A DNA stretch of 64,000 nt from an uncultured Solirubrobacterales bacterium (GCA_963705845.1 CAVPKX010000008.1:215514-279513); one strand, 5' to 3'. Positions 9,661 to 20,323 are shown, counted from the stretch's first letter. Notes: generated from the sequence alone by a model not told the origin. Translations and numbers: made by a program.

Positions 9661-10926
9661 TCAGCCACCGCGCGGGACCGGGGCAGGGCGACCCGTGCGT
9701 CTCGGTCCTCCGCATCGGGCGGAGCATCGAAGCGGGATCGGAGACCCGCGGTCCAGCGTCCGGCGGCGGGCCCACGCCAGGAGCACGAGGATGGCGGCAG
9801 ACATCACGGCAGCGATGAAGCCGCCATGCCCGGCCGCGAGTGGAACGCTGACGCCGGCGATCGCGTTGCCAATCGCGACACCGCCCAAGACGCAGCCGGT
9901 GAGAAGCCCAAATGCGGTTGCCATGTCGCGAGGGGCGAGGACGCTCGTGAGAGAGAACGTCGCCGACAGGAGAGGTCCGACCGCAAGGCCGGCGCTCGCG
10001 AGCAAGAGCCCGAGAGCAACGAAGGAGTCGGTCGCGCACGCCGGCCCCAGCGCGGCCAGAAACACAATTGGCGCAACAAGATATAGGCGCAGTGGGCTCA
10101 CGCGCGCTGTGATGAGGCCGCACGCGATGCCGCCAACCAACGAGCCGACCGGCAACGCCGCAAGGATGACGCCTGACAGCGCCTGTCGGTGGTGAAAATC
10201 GGTGAACGCCGGGATTGCCACTTCGATTGCTCCGAAGGACATGCCCAGTGCCACCGTTGTCAGCCACAGGGTGCGCATGCCAGCGGCGGTTCGCATCAGC
10301 TCGTATGTGACCCGGGGTCCGTTGGCCTCCGGAGGCTTCGGGGCGCGCGTGTTCGGAGCTGTTGCGTACACGAGTGCGCCTAGCGCTCCGCACGCAGCGG
10401 CGACGGCGAGCGCGGTGGCAACGCTGGTCGCCACAACGACGGCGCTCACGATGACCGGGCCGATGATCGAGGGAATCTCCTGCAGCACGGTCTCCAGTGC
10501 GTACGCGGTCGAGTCGAGCTCGCGGGAGCTGAGGATCATAGGCCATGCTGCACGCATGCACGCGCCGATCGGCGGCCAGCTCATGCCGGCGAGGACCGCG
10601 GCGGCGGCGTCCGCTACTTCGGGGGCGCCCTGCGTGACCAGAAGGGCGACCGCCAACAACGCGCCGGGGAACGCCAAGCCAAAGTGGATCAAAACGGTTC
10701 GATGGCCGCCGCGATCCGCTGCTCGGCCGCCGAGCGGCTGGCCGATGGCGCAGCCTGTCGAATACGCTCCCACGAGGAGGCCGGCGGTTGCGTATGTGTG
10801 GTCGGTCGTACGCGCAAGCAGAATGAGGGCAAGCGGACACATCCCAATGGGCATTCGGCCGACCGTGGTCGCAACAACAAGTCGTCGCACGCCGGGTGTC
10901 GCCAGGATCGCCCTGTACCGGCGCAC
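9661..10926 (-). CDS. MFS transporter
   Basis: About 12 hydrophobic segments; motif A-like GGRAADRGGHR; probable GTG start at 10926 (VRRYRAIL). Confidence 0.9.
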   Translation of the reverse strand: MRRYRAILATPGVRRLVVATTVGRMPIGMCPLALILLARTTDHTYATAGLLVGAYSTGCAIGQPLGGRAADRGGHRTVLIHFGLAFPGALLAVALLVTQGAPEVADAAAAVLAGMSWPPIGACMRAAWPMILSSRELDSTAYALETVLQEIPSIIGPVIVSAVVVATSVATALAVAAACGALGALVYATAPNTRAPKPPEANGPRVTYELMRTAAGMRTLWLTTVALGMSFGAIEVAIPAFTDFHHRQALSGVILAALPVGSLVGGIACGLITARVSPLRLYLVAPIVFLAALGPACATDSFVALGLLLASAGLAVGPLLSATFSLTSVLAPRDMATAFGLLTGCVLGGVAIGNAIAGVSVPLAAGHGGFIAAVMSAAILVLLAWARRRTLDRGSPIPLRCSARCGGPRRTGRPAPVPRGG

Positions 10927-11256
10927 TAGTAGTCCGCTCCCGCCACTCTCGGCACATGGCTTGGCGCCCGTAGACCGATTTCCAGTAACTGTGCGCCGCA
11001 GTCCGGAGCGGACCCATCCCCCTGGCGGATGGCAACGGCACTGTCCGGGATCATGCCGCCCACAGGTCGCGCTGGATGGCAGCGCCTGCACACGATCATT
11101 GTCGAGCCCCCGGAGCCTCTTTGGGGGTAACCATTGAAATCCGGATCGCCACTCCCGCGTAGACAGGCTTGGGTAGCGCGGGCGCCCGGTCTCGCTCATA
11201 TTGAGCGGAGCTGCACGTGACGGCACCCGTGAAAACGACCGTTGATGCCGTTGTAG

Positions 11257-12720
11257 CTAACGACGGCACATCCCGGCGCGGGCGTGGCGCCCGTTAGCGG
11301 TCTGCTCCGCATCTTGCCGGGGCGGGTGACAGCTGGAGCGTGTGGTGCTCAGACCGGCTGCCCGCGCCAACTCGGCGATAGTGCGACTCGGCTCACGCCC
11401 GGCCAACCGTGTCAGCGTCATCAGATAGCCCCCGAGTCGTTCAGCTGGAAGTGCTGTGCGAATTGCCGGATCGTGATAGTCAACAGAGCAATTAACGCGG
11501 CCATCAGCCTGGGCAGCGGCCGAGATGGTGGCAAGCGCATCTCCCCAAAAACCGTGGCAGGGGAAACTGCTGTAGCGGCGGTGAGCAGGCTGGTAATCCG
11601 CCACCCGAACCGGGCCCGCAGGCGTCGAGCAAGACACGGTCGCTTGTCGCAGATCTCGAAAATAGTTGAGCGACAGATCGCATGGACCGGGCAGAAGCGA
11701 CCGCGCAATCGCCCATGGAAGCGCGTGAGCTCTTGCGTCTTGGACGGTCGCGCCAATTGACCGGACCAACGCGCTGAAGGTCAGCCCTGGATCGAGGCTA
11801 ACCACCAGCGGGATGACGTCGCAAAGACATCCGATCGCATCGCGGGTGCCCGGCAGCCAGCGATTCGCATCTTGAACGCTGAGTATCAGCCGCCGCCGAC
11901 CGCTTCGCCCATACAGCAGGATCGCCAGCACGGCCAGAAGTGACGCGGGCGCGACATAATCATGGCGCTTTGCCAGGGTCGTCAGAGCGCCGGCGAGTGC
12001 CCCCGAGATCGTTCCCAGTGGGGCGGTCGCATGTCGAAACACACGCCGGCGCGGCATGCCGGCGGTGAACGGATTGAGTTCGGGCGCCCGAACGTCGTAA
12101 AGACGCTCCTGCCAGTACGCCAATGCCGCGGTATGCGGTTCGTTGCGCTCCCAGTCGGCGATGTGACGTGGTTGAGCGGGCACCGAGCCAAGGGCAGGTG
12201 CTCGGTCTGTGGCCGCGGCAAGGTAGAGCTCCGCGTAATCGCGAAAGAAGACTCGGCGCGAGAACCCGTCCACGATCGTGTGCGGAACGACGAGGGCTAG
12301 CAGATGGTCCTCGCGTCCAAGCCGGAGCAGCAGCGGGCGCGTCAGTGGCGGCGACGAAAGGTCAAAGCCAACGTCGAGCGCGTTGAGCACGGTCTGAGCC
12401 AGCACGCGGCTGCGCGGCCGATGGCAGATGGCGAGGTCAGTACGCATCAGCGGCGCGGGCCGCGGATCGGCGATCACGTGGACGACCTCGCCGTAGCGCA
12501 GCTCAAGAGTGCTCCGCAGAATCTCGTGTCGCGCTAGGATCTGCTCGAGCGTCTGTTCAGCGGCCGCTGCGTTCAGCCGGCCGATGATGCGCACAGCCAA
12601 GAACATATTTTCGCGTGCGATCCGCTCGTGAGACAGGACGAACTCACGCTGCTGCTCTAGAGGCGCTGCCACCGCCCGTGAGTCGGTGAGGCCTGCATCG
12701 CTGACGTATCGAGTGGCCAC
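11257..12720 (-). CDS. Stand-alone NRPS-type condensation domain protein
   Basis: RHEILRS, GFDLSSPPLTRPLLLRL, active-site variant PHTIVDG, LAYWQERL, DAIGCLCDVIPL. No A or T domain. Confidence 0.88.
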   Translation of the reverse strand: MATRYVSDAGLTDSRAVAAPLEQQREFVLSHERIARENMFLAVRIIGRLNAAAAEQTLEQILARHEILRSTLELRYGEVVHVIADPRPAPLMRTDLAICHRPRSRVLAQTVLNALDVGFDLSSPPLTRPLLLRLGREDHLLALVVPHTIVDGFSRRVFFRDYAELYLAAATDRAPALGSVPAQPRHIADWERNEPHTAALAYWQERLYDVRAPELNPFTAGMPRRRVFRHATAPLGTISGALAGALTTLAKRHDYVAPASLLAVLAILLYGRSGRRRLILSVQDANRWLPGTRDAIGCLCDVIPLVVSLDPGLTFSALVRSIGATVQDARAHALPWAIARSLLPGPCDLSLNYFRDLRQATVSCSTPAGPVRVADYQPAHRRYSSFPCHGFWGDALATISAAAQADGRVNCSVDYHDPAIRTALPAERLGGYLMTLTRLAGREPSRTIAELARAAGLSTTRSSCHPPRQDAEQTANGRHARAGMCRR

Positions 12721-13186
12721 GGCGTTTGATGGTTGTGCCTAGGAGGCAGATCCCCCATTTCATTGGCACCGGTTCACCATGACGTCGTGGGGCGAGCAGG
12801 GCGACCGGGCAGGTGGAGGATCAGCCGGTGGTGTCGCGTCAACCGATCGGTACGTTGTTGCGCGCTCTCGGCGATCGGGCTGCCGGCCATGATCCCCGCA
12901 CCGGTCGCGACGGGAGCGGGAAGGACATCAATCTCGCCCGTAAGCCTCCGGTGCGGGTTGTTCCTTCGCGAAGCCCGGGACATGATCTGATGACGGTCGA
13001 GTCGTCGCCCCCTCCACGAGCTCGCGGGATGACATGTGGGCGCATGTGGGCTCGCGGATCGCGGTCAACCCCTGGCCCGGGTCCCCTGAGCGCTCGACCG
13101 GTGCAGCTTGGAGGATCGACGCCGTCGCGCGTTGCCGCTGTGGCCGCGTGCCCCACGCGGCCGGTGAGCGCGGGCCTCGGTGATCG

Positions 13187-14398
13187 TCAGGGCAATGCGT
13201 TGACTGCGCGGTAGGCGGCCTGGATCAGCGGCTGACTCCGCGCCGCTCTCGGCTCGTCGCCGTCGGAATGGCGGTTCATCACGTAGGCGAATGAAAGGCG
13301 ACGCGCCGGGTCGGCAAAGGCGACGGCACCCCCTCGTCCGCTGCTTCCAAGTGCTTCCGGTGGCCACGTCGCCTCGTCATCGGCGCCCTGCGTCTGCCCG
13401 CACGCCCGTTCAAAGCCACCCGAATAGCGTGTCGCCTCCCCCCGGACCAGGTCGACCGCTGCGGTCCCATCGACCTCAATCGACGTGGCGACGTATTCCT
13501 GGTCAACGACGCGCACGGAGCCGAGAGCACCGTCGAGCGCAAGGGGGGCGTACATCATCGCCAGACTCCGAGCGTTTGTGATGCCGATCGTCGCGGGGAT
13601 CTCGGCCGCATGCGTCTCGGGGCGATTGTAGGCGTCCACATCCCGCAGCGCACCGTAGGAGTTCCAGATCGCTAGGGCGAACGGCTCCTTAGCTCTCAGT
13701 GCCTGCAGGAAATGCGGCCCCAGCCCGCAGTCGCTGGCTTGCGGGATGACCTGGCTAGCGACTCGATGTGCTTGGTTCGCAGGAAGGCCGATCCAGAAGT
13801 CGAGCCCCAGCGGCCGCGCGATGCTTTCCTGGAAGAACTGAGCCACAGTTTGCCCGGTCACTCGACGGACAACTTCGCTGAGCACCCAGCCGAACGTTAG
13901 CGGGTGATAGCCAGTCCGCGTCCCCGGCTCCCACAGAGGGCCTTCCCCAGCGAGAGTCAAAGCCATCACATTCGCGTCATAGACCATCTCGGGGGCGATC
14001 GGTTGTGAAACACCGGGCAGACCGGCCTGGTGATTGAGCACCATCCTGAGCGTAATCTCGCTCTTCCCGCTCTGAGCAAACTCGGGCCAGTAAGCTGCGA
14101 CAGGGCGATCGAGCGTCAGTACGCCGCTGCTGGCCAGCATGTGGGCGCAAAGCGCCACGGCCCCCTTCGTGCATGAGAATACGACAGTGACAGTCTCGGG
14201 CCCCCATCTGGCCTGCGTCCCGGGCCCCACAAATCCTCCCCACAGGTCCACGACACGACGGCCATCGAGGACGACGCATACGCTGGCACCGAGCTCACCC
14301 CGCTCGGCGAAGCTCCTCTCGAACTCGTGCCGTAGCTCACTGAACGAGGGTTCGAAGCTACCACCCACCGTCGAGGCGGCCCAAGCGTTCGTTGACAC
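13187..14398 (-). CDS. Serine hydrolase, beta-lactamase class C/EstB family
   Basis: VFSCTK (SxxK), LNHQAGL, GYHPLTFGW, FAYVMN. Confidence 0.92.
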   Translation of the reverse strand: MSTNAWAASTVGGSFEPSFSELRHEFERSFAERGELGASVCVVLDGRRVVDLWGGFVGPGTQARWGPETVTVVFSCTKGAVALCAHMLASSGVLTLDRPVAAYWPEFAQSGKSEITLRMVLNHQAGLPGVSQPIAPEMVYDANVMALTLAGEGPLWEPGTRTGYHPLTFGWVLSEVVRRVTGQTVAQFFQESIARPLGLDFWIGLPANQAHRVASQVIPQASDCGLGPHFLQALRAKEPFALAIWNSYGALRDVDAYNRPETHAAEIPATIGITNARSLAMMYAPLALDGALGSVRVVDQEYVATSIEVDGTAAVDLVRGEATRYSGGFERACGQTQGADDEATWPPEALGSSGRGGAVAFADPARRLSFAYVMNRHSDGDEPRAARSQPLIQAAYRAVNALP

Positions 14399-14402
14399 AC
14401 AG

Positions 14403-14434
14403 AGATTAGATCACTGCACGTCTTTTCTTGTCAA
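14403..14434 (-). promoter_or_regulatory. Operator A (AGAT-TAG-ATCA) overlapping the -10 of a TTGACA promoter
   Basis: Minus strand TTGACAagaaaagacgtgcaGTGATCTAATCT lies directly upstream of GTG 14398. Confidence 0.65.
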
Positions 14435-14616
14435 GCATAGATCCCGCTCCGCGCAAGCTGGCAGCGCCCCTGATGGTGCGCTTCTGGTGCACGCACCACC
14501 CGCCGAGCTCTCGTCTGGCTAACCCGGACACCGTGCAGGCCGCCTCGCCGACGCCGGAGGCCGAACGGAGTGTCCGGCGGGAGGTTGGCCAGGCGGGATC
14601 GCGTGCGTAGCGATAA

Positions 14617-15402
14617 TCACGGGCACAGGGCGGCTGGAGCAGCTCTTGGCGGCTGGGGAAGAGCGTCACGGCGCGAAGGCCCGGGCGAGCCTGGGTCGCA
14701 TCCGGATCGAACGAAGATGCCGTCGAACTGGAGCATCTCTCCGGTCCGAGCGTCCTCGAAGCCAGGGTCAGCGCTCGCCAGCCGAAAGCCGCGGTCGCGA
14801 AGGAAGCCAATGACCTCCTCGAACAGCGGCGAGCCATCGTAGAGTCGCACGAGCGACAACTCGACCTCGACGACGGCGATGCTTGCCATCACTTCTTGCG
14901 CGCCACGGAGCACGTCGAGCTCGGTGCCCTGGACGTCGAGCTTGAGATATACGCGCTCACACCCAACGATCGAGTCCCAGATCCCGTCTAGCGTCGCGAC
15001 CGCTACCGGTTCTACATCCACGTACGCCGAGCGTGGCACAATTTCGACTTGTCGGGCGGCGACGGACAGGAGCGAACTGCAACAGGAGTCCTCAGCAATT
15101 TGTAGCTCGGAGCGTCCATTTTCGCGCCCCAACGCAATCCGATGCACCGTCCAGTACGGATCCGCGGCCGCCGCGTCCTCGAGCTGCGCGAAAGCGTCCC
15201 GTCCTGGCTCGAAGGAGTGGATTGGGCCGGTAAAGCCGGCGATTCGCATCCTCCGGGCAAACTGACCGACATTTGCGCCAACGTCGACGATCGCCGAAAC
15301 GTGCTGCCATGCACAAATCAGAGTTCGCCGCGAGTTAGCTTGCAGCCGCACATCGGGGGAGACGTCTGCATACGCAGTGTTCACGCTGACTACTCTGATC
15401 AC
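14617..15402 (-). CDS. FkbM family methyltransferase
   Basis: IVDVGANVGQF, IHSFEP, LKLDVQGTELDVLRG. Confidence 0.92.
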   Translation of the reverse strand: MIRVVSVNTAYADVSPDVRLQANSRRTLICAWQHVSAIVDVGANVGQFARRMRIAGFTGPIHSFEPGRDAFAQLEDAAAADPYWTVHRIALGRENGRSELQIAEDSCCSSLLSVAARQVEIVPRSAYVDVEPVAVATLDGIWDSIVGCERVYLKLDVQGTELDVLRGAQEVMASIAVVEVELSLVRLYDGSPLFEEVIGFLRDRGFRLASADPGFEDARTGEMLQFDGIFVRSGCDPGSPGPSRRDALPQPPRAAPAALCP

Positions 15403-15487
15403 GTCAGGCGGGCAGTCCTATCCATCGATCGCTGGAGCCGAGCGACTCGCACGGACCGCTGATCGTCGATCGGTCGCCCGCCGCGTT

Positions 15488-16678
15488 CTAACTCGTGACG
15501 TACGCGGCTGTCCAGTCGATCGTGGCTGGCAACGATGAAATTGTGCGCTCGGACTGTGTATAGCGGCGTACGACGTTGCCGCTGACCGCGTAACCACCCG
15601 TGGCGGCAAGTAACTCTTCAAGCACAACGCGTGCTTCGAGGCGCGCCAACGGAGCGCCGAGGCAATGGTGGATCCCTTCGCCAAACGCGATATGGCGCTG
15701 TGGCTGGCGCGTCACGACGAGTGCGTCGGCGTCTTTCCAGCGTCGCGGATCGCGATTCGCCGAGCCCCAGAGCAACACGACGCGCGCGCCCGCCGGAAGG
15801 TCGCGCTCATGGACGGTGACAGGAGCCGTTGTGGTGCGCGTCAGCCACTGGATCGGGGCATCAAATCGCAATAGCTCTTCGACCGCCTCAGGCATCAGCC
15901 TGGGCGAGTCGCGCAGCAGTCGCTGCTGGTCGGGGAAGCGCGCCAGGTGGAGCAGCGCTCCGGCGATCAGGGCGCTCGTCGTCGTGATTCCGGCGAAATA
16001 GAGCAACATCGCCATACCGATGACCTCATCTGGCGACAGCTCCGAGCGGTCCTGCGCCGCGACCATGACGCTCAGGAAATCCTGACGGGGGCGCCTTCGC
16101 CGCTCTTGCATATACGCCAGGATGTACTCACGCATGACGTCACGTGCTTCAAGTGCGCTTGGCGGCAGCGCCACCTGGCGCGGCGTGCGCTCGCTCATCG
16201 CCTCGAACCAAGCGAGCAGCATCGGATGCTCCTCCTCGGGGAATCCCAGCCAGTCGCTGATCATGCTCGACGGCAGTCGCAACGCCAAGTCGGCCGCAAG
16301 GTCGCACTCATGCAGCTCTCTCAGATCCTTGAGAAGGGCTCTGACCTTTTCGCGGACGATCTGCTCGAGCGTGGCGCGTACCGCGCTGACTCGAAACTCC
16401 CCTTTCACAGCGTCTCGCAATCTCCCGTGAAGAGGCGGATCTGCGTGCGTCAGCTCTCCGGCGGGTGAGAACAACAAAGCTGTATCGTCCAGGTCGTTCC
16501 CGTGAGCGCTTGAGAACGTTCTCCAGTCCCTCGCTGCGGACTGCACATCCGCGTACTGAGAGAGCGCCCACGCGCCCCTCGTCGTTTCGTATACGGGTGC
16601 CTCATCGCGCAAGCGCGCGTAGAGCGGATAGGGGTCCTCATGCAGCTCCAGCGGCTCGTAAGCGAGAGGCTCGCTCAT
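15488..16678 (-). CDS. Cytochrome P450
   Basis: AGITTT I-helix, EELLR (ExxR), FGEGIHHCLG heme motif. Confidence 0.96.
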   Translation of the reverse strand: MSEPLAYEPLELHEDPYPLYARLRDEAPVYETTRGAWALSQYADVQSAARDWRTFSSAHGNDLDDTALLFSPAGELTHADPPLHGRLRDAVKGEFRVSAVRATLEQIVREKVRALLKDLRELHECDLAADLALRLPSSMISDWLGFPEEEHPMLLAWFEAMSERTPRQVALPPSALEARDVMREYILAYMQERRRRPRQDFLSVMVAAQDRSELSPDEVIGMAMLLYFAGITTTSALIAGALLHLARFPDQQRLLRDSPRLMPEAVEELLRFDAPIQWLTRTTTAPVTVHERDLPAGARVVLLWGSANRDPRRWKDADALVVTRQPQRHIAFGEGIHHCLGAPLARLEARVVLEELLAATGGYAVSGNVVRRYTQSERTISSLPATIDWTAAYVTS

Positions 16679-16741
16679 CGCAGACGGCGCGTCACTTTCG
16701 TCGCGTGCCCCCTATAGCACGCTTCAGCAGCAGAGTTCTAG

Positions 16742-16752
16742 TCATTAGATCA
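16742..16752. promoter_or_regulatory. Operator B (TCAT-TAG-ATCA) upstream of the P450
   Basis: Shares ATTAGATCAC with site A. Confidence 0.5.
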
Positions 16753-17153
16753 CATCGAAGCAAACGAAGACATCGAAGTCAAGCCTGCCGCGCAAGCGGG
16801 TTGCTGCTACAGCGTCCCGCCATGTGTCCCCGAGACCTGGGGGAAGCGAAACGAGCTCGACGTCCCGCAGTCAAGACAAATGCCTCGTACGGTTCCGCCC
16901 GTGGAAGAGGGGCCGGCGGCAATGGCGCCGCGTAGCGCGCCTACACAACAAAATCGCTCGAGGACACCCGGGTTATGATCGAGTTTCACCCGCCCACGAC
17001 GCCGGCGCTGGCCGCGATAGACCCACCTCGCCTCGACTGAGCCCGTCACATACCTGACCTGCGCAGCGACCACCCGGCTTTAGCCAGCAGGCGCTTCAGC
17101 TGTAGCCATGAACCAGTGAGGGAGCAGCAGCGGCGGGGGAGGCAGCGTGCAGC

Positions 17154-18338
17154 TCACAGCGGATCGGACACTCTGACTCCGGTCTGCACGGCCGCAACAT
17201 GCAGCTCCTCTCCGGTGACGTCGGAGGCGATCATGGTAGTGCCGAGGTGCTCGGGCAGGACGTGAGGTAGCTGCCGCCGCGGATGCGATAGACGGGTGCC
17301 ATCTTGGCGATCAGCGCCTCAAGGTAGATGTCATCAGGGAGGCAGTCGCCGTGGTGGGGGAGACCGACTCGCTGCAGGAGATCGGGGAGCCATTCGTCAA
17401 GGGGCTCGGTGAGCAGGCCGCGGTTGGCCGCGATCTGGGTTTCGACGATCATGCCGAATGCGACGGCCTCGCCGTGCAGCAGGGTGCCGTAGCCGGCGAG
17501 GGTCTCGAGCGGGTGCCCGATGGTGTGCCCGAAGTTCAAGGGCCTGCGCAGGTCCTCCTCGTAGGGGTCGCGTTCGATGAGCTCGGTCTCTGATCGCGGC
17601 CGCTGCACGTACGAGTTGCTCGAGCACGTCGAGGTCGCGCGCCATGATCGGCTCGGTGTGCTCGTCGATGAACCGCCAGTACGCTGGTGAGGCGATCACG
17701 GCCTTCTTGATCGACTCGGCCAGGCCCGCGGCGACGTGACGGCGATCGAGCGTAGACAGGAAGCCGACGTTCGAGATCACCCCCGAGGGCTGGTAGAAGG
17801 CGCCGATCAGGTTCTTCGCGCTCGGATGGTTCGCGGCTACCTTGCCTCCCATCGCCCCATCCACCTGGGCGAGCAGCGTCGTCGGCAGGTTGATGTATTG
17901 CAGGCCGCGCATGTACGCGCTGGCGACCCAGCCGCCGAGGTCGTTGATCACGCCGCCGCCAAACGTCACGATGAAGTCTCGCCGGCTGATGTCCGAGGCG
18001 GCCAGCCAGTCCCACAGCTCGAGCGCCCGCGCCGTGCTCTTGCTGGGCTCGCCTGGCGGAAGCCGGTAGAGCTGATACGCGATCTCCGCCTCATCGAGCG
18101 CTTCCCGCAGGGCGGCGCCGTGGAGGTCGTTGACGCGGGCGTCGGTGATGATCGCCAGCCGCGCGCCGGCGGTGAGAACGCGCAGGTGCTCGACGGCGCT
18201 GGAGAGGCTGCGTGTCACGTGGATCGGATAGACGTCTTCGCGAAACGCGCTCGCGTGGATCACCGCCTCGGTTGTGGGCAGCGTGAATTCATCGCGGACT
18301 CGAAAGTGCTCAGTGTCGATGGTGCTGGCCGACGACAT
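17154..18338 (-). CDS. Sugar-phosphate cyclase (dehydroquinate synthase superfamily), 2-epi-valiolone-synthase-like; two 1-nt indels as sequenced
   Basis: GGGVINDLGG, PTTLLAQVDG, KNLIGAFYQP, DPYEEDLRRPLNFGHT, LLHGEAV. Indels near 17592 (AAAI-K-TELI) and 17270 (GGS-LPHVLPEHLGTTMIASDVT); corrected stop at 17154. Confidence 0.85.
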
Positions 18339-18527
18339 GGTTCTGCCTCCAGTTCACTCGATGGCTTGAGCTCGTGCCCGCACTCTCCACCCCGAGCCAG
18401 CGCCGGACCATCAGGCGATCGGGCGACCCGGAGGCTCGATTCCCTTTAGCCATCCGGTGCTTGCGTCCGCCCCAGTCCGAGCTCCAAGCGCGTGGTGCGC
18501 GGTGAGTGGCGCCGGCGCGTTGGCCCG

Positions 18528-19289
18528 CTACTCGATCAGCCCCCGGCGCATAGCGACGGCAACCGCCTCGGCCTGATCGCGAGCTCCGAGCCGCTCGTAG
18601 ATGTGGCTCAGGTGAGTCTTCACTGTCGCGGTGCCGATCGTCAGTCGCCGGGCGATCTCGGGCGCGCTCATCCCCTCGGCGATCAGGACGAGCACTTCGC
18701 GCTCTCGGTCGGTCAGGAAGTCGCGCGGCGCCGCCGCGCGCAGCCGGATCTCGCTGGCGAGCGCCGGCTGGATGCTGGCCCCGAGGATCTCGTCGCCTCG
18801 GGCAATGGCGGCGATCGCATCGCACACCTCCCGCGCGGGGCAGTCCTTCCCCAGGTAGCCCGAGGCGCCGGCCTCGAGCGCGGTGTAGACCTGTGCCGGC
18901 TCGGGAGTGGAGCTGATGAATAGGACGCGAGTGTGCTCGGCGGCGCTAGCGAGCAGTCGGGCCGAATCGACTCCTGTGGTGGTTGGGTCGATCAGCAGCA
19001 CGCGGGGCCGTACGCGCTCGAGGGCCTGGTTGAGGGCCTCGCCCTCGTTGGCGGTGCACAACGCGAACTCCGGCCAGGCCTTGACCGCTCGTTCGAGCGC
19101 TTCACGGTACAGCGGGTGGGCGTCGGCGACGAGCACGCTCACCCTCCCAGTGTGGGGGCGCGGAACGCCACCGTCGCGTCGAGGCCTCCCATTCGAACCG
19201 GGACGACGAGCACGCGCCAGTAAGGAACGCGACGCCAGCGCTGCTGCCACCCCGTCCCGTGAGTTGCTCTCTACAGCGCTCGAACCCAC
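18528..19289 (-). CDS. NarL/LuxR family response regulator (orphan)
   Basis: REC domain (VLVADAH...LLIDP...GYLGK) plus LTDREREVL...TVKTHLSHIYERL HTH. Start uncertain. Confidence 0.9.
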   Translation of the reverse strand: MGSSAVESNSRDGVAAALASRSLLARARRPGSNGRPRRDGGVPRPHTGRVSVLVADAHPLYREALERAVKAWPEFALCTANEGEALNQALERVRPRVLLIDPTTTGVDSARLLASAAEHTRVLFISSTPEPAQVYTALEAGASGYLGKDCPAREVCDAIAAIARGDEILGASIQPALASEIRLRAAAPRDFLTDREREVLVLIAEGMSAPEIARRLTIGTATVKTHLSHIYERLGARDQAEAVAVAMRRGLIE

Positions 19290-19347
19290 GACCCCAGACC
19301 CGAGGAGTTCGCCCTTTTCGCTGACGAGGACCGATCGCGCTGAGGGT

Positions 19348-19914
19348 TCATGGTGCCTGTCCGAGCGTCACGCGGGAGACATTGCGAGCCGAGAGCGTGT
19401 ACGTGCTTTCCAGGATCGGGCTGCTGGCAACGTCTCCACCTCCGGCAACAGCCCCGACCTTCGTGTAGCCGTCGGGGGCGGCACCGACGATCTGTTCCTC
19501 CCCGTCGCCGGCGGTGCGCTGGCTGAAGCTGAGTTCGCCTCGCTCAGCCGCAGCTGCCGTCGCGCAGCTCATCCCGAGGCCTTCATCGTCAGTGGTGGCT
19601 AGGCACAGCCAGCCGGTACCGGGGACCAGCCAGGTTCCGTTGGCAGCCTGCCGCGCCGCCTGGATGTCGAGGCCGTAGCCCGCTGGGGCCCGTTCCGACG
19701 CGCTCACAAGCCCCGGTGGGGGCGGGCTGGCGCCGGGGTTGCGCAGCAGCGCGAAGCGGCTGACCACGGTTGCGATACTTGCTCGTGCTGCCAGTCCGTG
19801 GTGTGCCTGCGCGGTGAGCGAGTACACAGCGGGCACGGATAGAGCGACCGCCAGCAGACCGACCGTGATCGCCGCGCGCCTGCGGGCGCGCACTGCGGGG
19901 TGTCGCAGAATCAT
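19348..19914 (-). CDS. Secreted/membrane-anchored hypothetical protein
   Basis: Basic N-terminus plus hydrophobic helix; one Cys pair; WLVPG and GAAPDG motifs. Confidence 0.75.
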   Translation of the reverse strand: MILRHPAVRARRRAAITVGLLAVALSVPAVYSLTAQAHHGLAARASIATVVSRFALLRNPGASPPPPGLVSASERAPAGYGLDIQAARQAANGTWLVPGTGWLCLATTDDEGLGMSCATAAAAERGELSFSQRTAGDGEEQIVGAAPDGYTKVGAVAGGGDVASSPILESTYTLSARNVSRVTLGQAP

Positions 19915-19927
19915 GGTTCACGCCCTT

Positions 19928-20323
19928 TCATGAGTATTCGAACTCGGGTGTTGCTGATACTTCGTAGGAGTGACGGTTGTGAGTCTGGGCGTAACCCCCG
20001 TAACCGTAAAATTCTTGGTATACGAAGCCGCCGGAACCGCCGCCGGCGCAGTATTCGATGCCGCTGTAGGTGGGTGCTCCAGCCCATCCTTCGGTTGCGC
20101 GCATCACGCAGAACGCGTCGGCGGAGGCCTGGGCGTCGATCCACCAGATGCTATGGAAGTGCCCCTGGTTGCAGTAGCCGCCGCCTCCGTAGGTGCCCAC
20201 ACAGAAGGTGCTGACTGTGGCCGATGCGGGTGCCGGCGCGATCGCGGCGTATGCGCAGATGAGTGCTGCGGCGAGTAGCGCGACGAGCAGCCGTGACCCG
20301 CTGCGGCGAGTGCCGAGTTCCAT
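19928..20323 (-). CDS. Small secreted Gly/Tyr-rich protein with 4 Cys in the mature part
   Basis: Signal peptide ending APASA|T; ~96-aa mature domain; RBS-like GAGGAG upstream. Confidence 0.8.
   Translation of the reverse strand: MELGTRRSGSRLLVALLAAALICAYAAIAPAPASATVSTFCVGTYGGGGYCNQGHFHSIWWIDAQASADAFCVMRATEGWAGAPTYSGIEYCAGGGSGGFVYQEFYGYGGYAQTHNRHSYEVSATPEFEYS

Noticed and set aside
12774..12983. Small ORF as carrier protein or precursor peptide for the condensation domain
   Set aside because: No GxDS phosphopantetheine motif, no leader/core pattern and no clear RBS.
17154..18338. Housekeeping aroB
   Set aside because: No aroK/aroC neighbours, an N-terminal extension, and a tailoring-gene context. 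Left as cyclase family pending phylogeny.
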